The notes below the pieces were generated by a model. The model saw only the letters and a list, made by a program, of their open reading frames with translations, ran no database searches and was not told where the DNA came from. Shown in pieces: positions 41,201 through 51,584 of a stretch of DNA of 64,000 nt. Location of the stretch: assembly GCA_002104905.1 (NCBI GenBank), contig MCFE01000389.1, positions 1-64,000 on the forward strand, written 5' to 3'. The translations under genes and the position numbers were made by a program. Each line of letters starts with the position of its first letter. The first letter of the stretch is position 1. This stretch comes from Basidiobolus meristosporus CBS 931.73. Its lineage: Eukaryota; Fungi; Basidiobolomycota.

Positions 41201-43711
41201 TCATCATCAAATGTCATGTTTATGAAAATTTCAGTCTTCATCAAACAACACATCCCTGGACTTGATTAGCTTCATTGCTTTGGTATTGTAGAGGCTGTAT
41301 GCTTTATTCTCATTGCAGTAGCCCAAAAAAATGCATTTTACACCTTTTGGCTCATGTATTGACTGATTTCTGGGCAGTTTCTTAGCATATGCTGTACACT
41401 CAAGTATTCTTAGATGTTCTGCACTTGATCTGTATCCATACTGTGCATCAAATGGAATATACTCACAAAGTATTCTGCTATAACTCCTACTTTTAAGGTA
41501 TACAGCTGTGGCAACTGATTCCGCTCAAAAAGCATAGGATAATTCTTGATCATGGATCACATATCTTGCCATGTCCATTATTGATCTGTTAGCACATTCT
41601 GCTACTCCTTTTTTGCTGTGGGCAGTATGGTACAGTAGTCTGTTGCTTTATCCCATGAGTTTTGCAGAAATGGGTGCAGAGTTTTGATGTATATTCTCCA
41701 CCATTGTCAGAGAGTATTTCTTGATTTTTCACCAGTTTCCCTCTCCACCATGGCTTTAAACTCCCTGAGCGTAGACAGAGCTTCTTCCTTTCTCACCATG
41801 AAGTAGACCCATGTGTATCTTGTATAATCATCAATAAAAGTGATTAAATGCATCAACCTGCCTAAGGATAAATATTGCATAGGTCCACACAGATCTGAGT
41901 GAATTAGATCTAATTTTTCTTAGTTGTGATTAACCTAGAGCTCCTGAAAAGCTGTCTTGCTTGTTTTCCATATATGTAGGCTTTAAAGTGCTCCAAACTA
42001 GCTGGGGGATCAGTTTTTATTCCAGAAATTAGTTGATCTTGGATCATTTTGCGCAAATAATTAGAATTGATGTGCCCAAATCTCCTGTGCCAAAGCATTG
42101 GTGTTTCTTCATTTAAGTAACTTATATTGGCTTCCAAATATGATGTAATATAAGTAAACCTGTATAGATTCTGATCTCTGATTCCCATAGCAATATGGGC
42201 ACCATTTTGATTGGTGATCTTGCATCCAGAAATGTCAAAGCTGAAACTGAGTCCTTCTGCAGTGGCCTTGCTTACAGATAGTTGGTTCTTGACTATTTCT
42301 GGTACATAGAGTACTTCCTTAAAGGTCAGTGTATGGCTTCTGTCGCTGCTTCTTAGGTTTACTTGGATAGTTCCTTCTCCAACTGCATTAAGTGTTCCAT
42401 TGACACCCATGAAAACCTACTTAATTGGATTTTCTTGATATTGGGCAAAAAGTTCTTTTTGGTGTATATAGTGTTGAGATGCTCCAGAGTCAATGTACCA
42501 TGTCTGAGAATCCTTGTTTGTGGTCATATTTAGTGCAGATATGAATAGTCTATCTTCAGTTGTTGTGGCATTTCCCTATTCAGGCTTCTTTTGATGATTA
42601 TCTCTCTTTTTGAGACACTGGTCTGATGTGTGTCCTTTCCTTTTGTAGTAGTTGCAAAACAAATTGCTGTTGCCTTTGTAGAGTCTTGGGTACCTCCTTT
42701 GTTGGTTATCATTGCTTATTAAAGCACTTGCTTCTTCCTTCTTATTGGTGCTTGATTTTCTTAATTCTTCATCAAGGAGCCTTATATAATTGTAATTCAA
42801 GGTCAAATCTTCAGTTCTGGACTCTAGGGCCAATACAAGGCCCTGAAGCTTGTCTGTCAGGCTATTCAGGATGGTAGCTATTACATCCTCATCAGTAGTT
42901 GGTATGCCCAGAACTTCCATTTCATCTGCCAGCAAGGTAATTCTGTTAATCAGATTTTTGATTCCTTCTCCTGGTAGCATCTTTGTACTAAAGAATTTTT
43001 GTTTCAGATACATTTTCTTAGCAGCTGAACATGACTGCTAGGTGCCTTCTAATGCCTTCCAGGCATTCTTTGCTGTTTTTGCTCTTGAGCATTGAATTAG
43101 CAATTTGTCCTTAACATTAAGGCAAATGCAGTTAAAGGCACTTTGTCCTTTCTTCTGGTACTTTAAGAATTACTCTCCTACATTTTTGGGAGGGCATTTT
43201 TCTCCCATGACAATATCCCAAAGGCCTCTTTCTTGTAGCAGCATCTTCATCTTCCCCTTCCACAATCGGTTGTTAGATCCATCCAACTTTTTGGCAGAGG
43301 GAAAAATTCCAGAAATAGCAGTGGTAGACATTACAGAGAGGGACAGCTTGAGGCTCATTGCCTGTTGTAAGAGTCTTGGAGATATTGGAAGTGATTGGGA
43401 GAACAAGTAGATTATATGGTTTTCACTTAATGTATTATTGAATATAAAAGTAGTATTTATACTTTTACATGGTCTTGGCACAACAAACGCTTAGGATGGG
43501 CTAAGGAAGGTCCCAAGACTATGTGTGCAAGGTTTAGGGCTGTTTGGACAACTTTGAGAATTTTTAGGTTCTGGGTACCTGGTATTTTGATGAAAATATT
43601 CCAAGTAAATTCCAACAAGAAATTTGGTGTGTATTCTTTAGGATTTGAAGGTAATGATCTAAGTTACTAAGTTGGGTGAGTATTTAAGTGGAATTCCAAA
43701 TTTTTACATAA
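38274..43711 (-). mobile_element. Ty1/copia element B (full-length, decayed)
   Basis: LTRs 38274-38617 and 43363-43711 (~82% identical by eye); TSD CAAAA/TAAAA; PBS GGCAATGAGCC. Carries gag (LLQERGLWDIV), zinc knuckle, PR, integrase, RT (ARLVAKEYSQRKG) and RNase H (GYSDADWG). Confidence 0.93.
38706..39437. mobile_element. Complete 732-bp foldback element: 346-bp arms, 40-bp loop, TA on both sides
   Basis: Arms 38706-39051 and 39092-39437 are reverse complements (~22 mismatches). It interrupts the copia B RNase H end (IADI|FTKPL); the equivalent site in copia A is empty. Confidence 0.92.
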
Positions 43712-43997
43712 TAAAAGACCACAACAATACCATGCAAATATTGTCACAGCATCTTTAAAAATTGTTAAGTCTTATGCATGTATTAGGTTGTAAGATTAGG
43801 AAAACACTGTCACAATCCCATCATAAGATTGTTGGCAGGGTCACTAATTCCAAGCTGCTGGTATTATAACAGTCTCTAAATGGGATCTTGATGGCAGATC
43901 TGAATTGGATCCACCTGCATGACCAAATTATCTTTCATAGGGGAAATACTTCTTACAGCATGGGAGGGAGGGACTGTGCTTGGAATAAACACAAGGC

Positions 43998-44345
43998 TGT
44001 TGTCAAATTTGTAATTCCACCTGAATATTCACCTAACTTAGTCACTTGGATAATTTCCCACAAGTCTCAGAGAATAGTGTCCAAACTCCTTGTCAATATT
44101 TACTTCAAATATTCTCACCCAAATATCAGGTACCCAAAGCATGAAGATTCTGAGAGTTGGCCAAACAGCCTTAAACTTTGCACACTTATTTTTGGGACCT
44201 TTCTAAGCCTGTTCTACATGTTTGTGATGCCAAGATTATGTAAAAGCATAATTACTACCTTTACATTGAATAAATCATTAAGTGAGAACCACATGATTTA
44301 CTTGTTCTTGCAATCACTTCCAGTATCTCCAAGACTCTTGCAATA
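43998..44345 (+). repeat. Copia-family solo LTR with AAGGC target-site duplication
   Basis: TGTTGTCAAA...CTTGCAATA, homologous to the copia A/B LTRs, flanked by AAGGC (43993-43997 and 44346-44350). Confidence 0.88.
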
Positions 44346-44939
44346 AAGGCAGGAGAGTAGAGCTATGCAAGGCAGGACCAGGAAAGGACTGAGGTGTGGA
44401 TTAGCAATGAAAGGTGAATTCAAAGGCATGGCCATTTATTCAAGAACTGTGTTTATCAGACTGATGAATACATAAGGGGGATAAGACTATATATACTTCT
44501 TAGCAATATGGATGCCAAGGAATATTGGCTAATAATGATAGGGTTCTGGGGTGAGGCATGGTAAGTGTGCCAAGATAGAGACCTACCAATAAACAGACTA
44601 GAATATCACATGGGGATATGCCAGGGGTCATCTGATCATGTGACTAGGTTGTGTGAGGTGCAAATAACAAATTTTGTATTGAACTACATAAATTTCAATG
44701 GGAAGCTTTTGTAGAGTATTCCATTGTGTAACATTGACTTAGAGCTTTCAAGAACTGCTAGAATTTAGTGGAACTTTGTAGAAGGAGCTGGGACCTCTCC
44801 ACCAACTTGATTTGGCTGGACCATGAATGGCCACAGGTATCATGTGATCATGACTCTGTGTTTCACCCATTGGGCTGGAGAAAATCCATTTTCTGACCTT
44901 TTTTTTGGGATCAATGCTGAGACCCACATGTGGGAGCAC

Positions 44940-46010
44940 TGTGGTGGTGTATAGGTCCAAGGGAGAGATACGTCCAATACTTCTCAAGTGTTTTGTGTGT
45001 GGGGTGCTCACTGGGTGCAATAACCTCTGGCAAAAGCTTGCTGGGAATACTTGGGTTCTGTCACTAATCTAATGTGAAGGGGAATAAAGCCACAAGCTTG
45101 TCAAGGGAAAACTATTGAGCTACAATCCCCAACTTAGTTGGCATCTTAACAAAAGTATGTGCTGGGTTCAGTGTCCTTTGGGATGACAATGTACTAAAGC
45201 TTCCAAAGTCAAAACAACTGTAAACTCCACCAGCAGGGACTTGATAAGAATGCAGCTGTGGTCAATAGTTACAAAGACAGAAAAGTATCTTTGCCTGTAC
45301 AAGAACAAACTTGGGAAAGAATCAAATATAGTAAAAGATACCTACTCTGAGTATTTGTCACAAGTAGTACCTCCAAGGTCAGTTGGCTGTCAGCATGGTT
45401 TCCTGGGAGTGTCCTGTGGCCTAGGGTTGGAAGTTCAGCTAGCAGCAGGTAGCAGTGATCACACTAATCAACAAGTTGGTATATTGATAAAAGGGATGAT
45501 GATTTATTGTTGAGGGATAGCCTCCCTTATATACTTTTCTTACTGGCCAAGTGATTATTAATCATGGTGTTCCAGAAGGTTCCGGATATCAATAGAAATC
45601 TTAATGACATCAGAATGACCTAAGAATGTTCTAAGTAGGTGCCGGAAGGTTCTAAGAGGCACAGCACATCCAACCAATCAGGAATCAGTATTCTGAAGCC
45701 TGTGTAACATGGGGATACCATATATGGTATGGAAATGGTAGGGATGATGACACAGGTTGATCATGTGTCACAGGTACTGGCACAGGTACTTGCCTAATAT
45801 AGAAGTACTTATAGCTAGTAATCTTACATAAAGTGAGGGGTAACTTATGCAATAAGGTAAGCAGGTGTAATAGTCAACCGGCTTATGGGATAGTACTGAT
45901 TGGGTAAGACAAATGGGATAAAACTAAAATAAGTGTAGTAGAGATATAGGAAAGTAGAAAATAAGGGAATGAGCACATCTGTCAGTGGGTGTCACTGTCA
46001 CCCCACTACA
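44940..46010 (-). repeat. G1 gypsy solo LTR with 4-bp TSD GCAC/GCGC
   Basis: Reverse complement of 2239-3309. The flanks rejoin as foldback-family sequence, and the two TSD copies differ by a CpG>CpA change. Confidence 0.9.
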
Positions 46011-46279
46011 GCGCCAAGGAATTGAAGACATGCATTTGATGCTCAATACCTGTGGCACTCTGAATTTAGCACATTGTGAACAACATTGATCCCAAAAAAA
46101 AAGGTCATGTAATGGATTCCCATTAGCACTATGGGAAAACAAAGGGGCACTATGCATGACAATGTATAACTATATTTCTCATTGTGTGGCCAAGTATAAG
46201 TAAACTTGTCTCTCTGGCACACTATGGCATTATTTGGTACTCATGGTGCCAAGTGGCACTATCTAACAGAACAAGTCTC

Positions 46280-47660
46280 AAAATAATAACCCATGTGAGT
46301 TATGAAGTATGTCAACTAGATCACACCCATTGAACAGAGTACCAATTATTGCTTATGGAAAAGCCAGCTATCTTGCTAAATGCTGGGGCATCTCCAATGC
46401 AGATAATACTATGCCTTGTGACATTAATGCCACTTACCAGTATCCCACTGGATAGTAAATAGAGCTTATCCTGCAATAGATGATGATAACCAATGAGGTT
46501 GAAAAGTGACTTAGGCTTAGGTATCAGTTAAGACTGCATCAGATTTCTGTTGTGATATTATAAGATTAGTGACAGATTTAGGTTTATAAGAATAAGTGGC
46601 AAGCAGGATTTACTGGTAGAGTACTTCTTCAATGATGATCAATCTAGTGCAAAGTCAATGGTATGGCCATAGATATCTTCACAGCAGGCCTTGCTTCCTA
46701 GTTGCCTGTAATGTTTACCATCAAAGTATCAGATATGTTTGCACTTGATGAGTACTGAGTACAGTACTTTATAGCCTTACAATATTTGCCAGACTGTATG
46801 AGCTTCTTTGGACATGATATTGGAGGAATTAATCCAGAATGGGAACAATACTCTTCTCCTATGATGGTGGACTCCTGACAAGGTAGACACCTTGCAATGA
46901 TGACATGCTCTGATGCAAATGCCATACAGCCTTTTACATATGCTGGTAGCAGGATAGTTTTGGTGTCATATGTCAATAGCAGCATGATGATTGCCCAATT
47001 GCACTATGTACATAGTATGTTGCATTCCAGACTGATTTTGTCCAGAAGCAGCAGCAAATCTCCCATGCCACCATTACTGATACTGGTTAGCATGCCACTT
47101 CTCTAGCCTCAAAATATCATCATTCACTAATTGATGGATTAATTGGCTCACCTGGCTCCATAAAGCATCCTTGAGATTTTTTCCCATTGATGTTGTCTCA
47201 TTGCATATAAAAATATGTTGTTCACCTGCCAAAGGTTATTATGGTGGAGACACTTATTGAATGGCAGATTTAAATGGAATTACTTGTCATGTGTGAGGTT
47301 GGGCTTAATATTTGCTTTAGGTATAGGGACTTGTGTAGGTCAGTACAATCTATATTTCAGTTACAACTGAAGTTTTAACAGAAGTAAATCAATGAATATG
47401 CTTGAAGAGTAAGAGCATTGGCTGAGTCATCAAGTAAGGAGTGTGAGAAAGAGGCAGTAGCTAGTCAATATGCACAAGTGCAAGATATAATAGAGTGTTT
47501 GAGATCAGAAGGCCAGAAAAAGGTAGAAAACTAATCAACAGCAACTTGGTGCTTGTTATGGTGAGTAATTTTGATCACATTTTTGGTGGGATCTGCAATG
47601 TAATTTTTTCTCAAATGATTTTTACACAGTGGCCTAACTGCATCACTACCTCTTAGTCAC
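46280..47660 (-). mobile_element. CACTA-family fragment (transposase 5' part and middle region)
   Basis: Reverse complement similarity to 35700-36650 and 34480-34900. Confidence 0.7.
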
Positions 47661-47879
47661 AGGCCTTTCACAAGGTCCTGCAAATTGCTGATCTTTAGCT
47701 GGGTAACTTGCTCTGTTTCCCACTGACTGAAGTTGGGAGCTAAATTCCACTATTGATAATAACCAGCTAATTTTAGATGTCAGATTGCATATTGCTAGTC
47801 AATGCATCTTCTCCCACTCTCATATTCATTTCTGGAATATTTTCTTGTTGCTTTCCAGTATTATGTATGTGTAATTAAA

Positions 47880-48330
47880 AGATACAAGCTGGGCTCAGCA
47901 TTCATTGAGATGACTATGTCCTGAGCTTCCAGAGTCAGAATAACTGTAAGACTCACCAGCAGGCTTGAGACAGGAATGCAACTTGCTCAACAGCTGCAAA
48001 GACAAAAAGCTTCTTTGCCCTTACAAAAGTAAATTGGGAAAGAATCAAATAAATAAGAGATATATGGTCTGAATGATCCTCACAGGTGGTGCTTTCCAGG
48101 TCAGTTGGCTGTCCACATGATTTCCTGGGGGTCTCCTCTGGTGTTGGACTGGAAGCTTAGTTAGAATCCAGTGGAAGTGATAACACTAATCAACCAGCTG
48201 CAATATTGAAACAGGGATGATGATTTTTTGTCTCCCTTCAATACATCTCTCAGTGGCCAAGTGATTACTGGTGATAGTGCTCCAGAAGGCACTGGATAAT
48301 AGTAGAAGTTGTAATGTCATCATGAAGTTC
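47880..48330 (-). repeat. Old, diverged G1 LTR fragment
   Basis: Aligns with ~45150-45610 (for example GGTCAGTTGGCTGTC and ACACTAATCAAC). Confidence 0.65.
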
Positions 48331-49557
48331 TTTTAGAAGCATCACTTAAACATCTTGTAAATCCACCTGACAACTAACTTGACATAGTAACCAAGATCAG
48401 AGTTTACACATTTGAAAAATTTCTGCAGATTTTTTGTTAGGACTTAGTTGGAGTATTTTGCCCAAGACATATGGTAACTGGGACATGACTTTACATGGTC
48501 CAGGTAAACCACACACTGAATATGCTTAGGAGGGCCTTAGATGCATATAAGTGTGAGCTCATTGGACAGCTTTGAGACTTCTTCATATCATGGGCACCCA
48601 GTGTTTGGTGAAATATTCCAGGTAAGTCCTTACCAGGAACTTGGGTAGAATACAGTAGGATTTGTAGGCTGTGTTCAAAGTTATTGAATTAAGTGGGTAC
48701 CAAGGTGTAATTGCAAAATTTCCAACACTGGGACCTTCCCATGAGTATTGTGTGCTTGTTCTGCTAAGACCATGCAAAAGTATAATTATCATCTTCACAT
48801 TCAATAGATCAAGAGGTGAGAGCCACACAATCTACTTGTTCTCCTGGACACTGATGATATCTCCCAGGCTTACCCAGAAGCATGAGCACCTGGTGAAAGT
48901 CCATATTATTCAGCATCTATAGCTGGGAGAATATACAAAACCAATATACCATCTGGCCCAAGCAGTTGCCAACAATACCTGTGAGAAATACCAAACTTGG
49001 TTATAGTATTGCCAGTATTTTGTGGGGATTTTTTGGTCAGATTTCAGGTGGAAATATCTTGGGAGTAAGTCAGCTGACTGTCATCATATTTGGTAGGAGT
49101 ACCGCTCAGTTAAGGCGTTGATAACTTTATTTGGGGGGGTTGTCATGATTGCCATGAGGTTGTATTGACTACTCCCATGGCCACAATGTTAGCGGGGTTT
49201 AGGGTGATGATGGTGATGGTGATACATCATCCTGTTCAATAATTGACTTGCTGGATTCCCCGATCATCATGTGACTCCGGCCTACCCAGATCACTGGGAT
49301 CGGAGATGAGTAACACCCAATTTCAAGTCACCCTCCAGCTTAGGGGTAGGGGTAGGAACCTACCCATCTGATAGGGTCATGGTCTGGCAGGAGTACCGAT
49401 ACAAAACCAACCAACCAGATAGCAGCTTTTGGAGAATCAAGGAACACAAGCAGCATCTACGATCTACACCCCCCCCCTCCACGACATCTTCATCGCGGGA
49501 TCGTAATGGCGTCACGTCCAGTAGTCATCACTTATATAAAAGGGGATATAGCGAGCG

Positions 49558-51483
49558 ATGGTGAATTCCATCATGTTGCACTCCACACCAACTAGACGTT
49601 CGGTAATCATTTGCCTGTTCCGGCATGATCTACGAATCCGAGATAACCCCATATTGCATTACGCGAATTCCCATCCTACGGCCACCCACATGCTCCCCGT
49701 CTACTGCTTTGACCCACGCCAAGTCAACCTAACCAGAGCCCGGGGGAAAGACTATGCGGAGCCGAAGAGCCGGCTGTTCAACCTGCCGCGAAGCAGCAAG
49801 CTGAGAACCAGGTAGGCCTCTCCAGTAGCTTAACCTTAACCTCTTGCCACTGGTCAACCGATCGAATCAAATCGTCACCGTCAGGTTTCTCGTCGAGTCG
49901 GTGCTGAATTTAAAGACCAATCTGAAGAAATTGGGAAGCGAACTGCTTATCGCGCTGGAGCCACCCGAGGAGTTCCTACCAAGAGTAGCCGACGAACTAC
50001 TCCCGGAGTATGACGTCGAGGCTGTTTACCTGCAGGAAGAAGTAAGTTCAACCCGCTTTTCATCCATCCTGTTGGCCACCCATTTACACCCTAGCTACAG
50101 GTAACCGACGAGGAGATTCGCGTCCAACAAAAGCTTATCCACCGGATGAATGCTCCGGTTGAGTCTTTCCACGGTGCCACCCTGGTACATCCTGAGGATC
50201 TTCCGTTCCCAATGGAAGACCTACCAGACGTGTATACTAAATTTCGTAAGGCGGTAGAATCTATGGATACACCGTTCAGGCCTGTCCTACCTACCCCAAA
50301 GAAGCTCAAACCCCTCCCCGGGAATGATCTGTTAGACCAGATGCTCACCGTGGATGCGGACCATCTGCTTCCGTCCATGGGAGTGGTCGATACCGCCCCA
50401 GATTTGCGGACAGTATTCCCTTTCGGGGGAGGCGAAGATCAGGCCATCGAGCGATTAACCGACTGGGTATGGAACACGAAGAGCATCTCCACCTACAAGG
50501 AAACGCGTAACGGCCTGCTGGGCACCGATTACTCCAGCAAACTATCCCCCTGGTTAGCCCTGGGCTGCTTGTCACCCCGAGAGATCCTGAAGCAGGTGGA
50601 GGCGTACGAGGATAGTAATGAGGCGAACGTCTCCACCTATTGGATCCGGTTCGAGTTACTCTGGAGGGATTACTTCTGGTTTGTGGGCGGGAAGTACGGG
50701 AACGGGATCTTCCACCGGGATGGAGTGTTGGCCAACCGGTCAGACGACCAGCCGTCCTGGAAGGTCGACCCCAACCTGATGAAGGCGTGGATCCACGGAG
50801 AAACCGGGATCCCGTGGGTCGATGCGAACATGCGGGAGCTGCGAAATACCGGGTAAGCAACCCAACGGGGGGAGACTTGATTTGTGAACGGAATTAACCT
50901 GAGATCCACCTAGCTACATGAGCAATCGGGGTAGACAGAACGTGGCAAGTTTCCTGGCGAAGGATCTGCGGGTCGATTGGAGGTTCGGTGGGGAATGGTT
51001 CGAGACCCATCTGCTGGATTACGACCCGTGCTCGAACTACGGGAATTGGCAATACGGTAAGTGGGACAGGGATCAGCGCGTAACCTGGGCACTTGTACTG
51101 ATCAAGGGTGGTTTTCAGTGGCCGGAGTCGGAAACGACCCCCGAGAGAACCGACACTTCAACATGATCAAACAAGCCAAGGATTACGACCCGGAGGGAAA
51201 GTATGTCGCGATGTGGTGTCCGGAGCTTCGAGACGTCCCTGTCGAGCATATCCACACTCCGTGGAAGATGCCCCACGATGTCCAGCAGAAGGCGAATTGT
51301 GTTATTGGCCGGGATTACCCCGAGCCGATCGTTCTCCAGGAGGTTTGGGAAAAGCATGTCGCCAGACCGCCCAAGGACACGAAAAAATCCTCCGGGAATC
51401 CCAACGAACGAGTTTCCAAGAAGGACTCACGTCGACGCCAGCGTCGAAAAGCCAAGGCCTCGAAACCCCACTCCCACAGATAG
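49558..51483 (+). CDS. cryD: Cryptochrome DASH (photolyase family), 5 exons, ~556 aa
   Basis: Exons 49558-49811, 49885-50041, 50101-50852, 50914-51056 and 51119-51483 join in frame (1671 nt) through GT-AG introns. Motifs [54 protein letters not shown] and the DASH signature [16 protein letters not shown]. Confidence 0.95.
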
Positions 51484-51584
51484 CTAGAATGGTCTACATT
51501 CAAACCAAGGAAATTTTATTAAAGCGGGCATATCAAAACAAGCGAGGACGGGGAATGGTAGTTAAATGGGGGGGTCGTCGGGTA

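Noticed and set aside
2736-45513. Repeated ~90-aa ORFs (2736-3008, 45241-45513) and the 152-aa ORF at 43888-44346
   Set aside because: They lie inside LTRs, recur only because the LTR recurs, and carry no protein motif.
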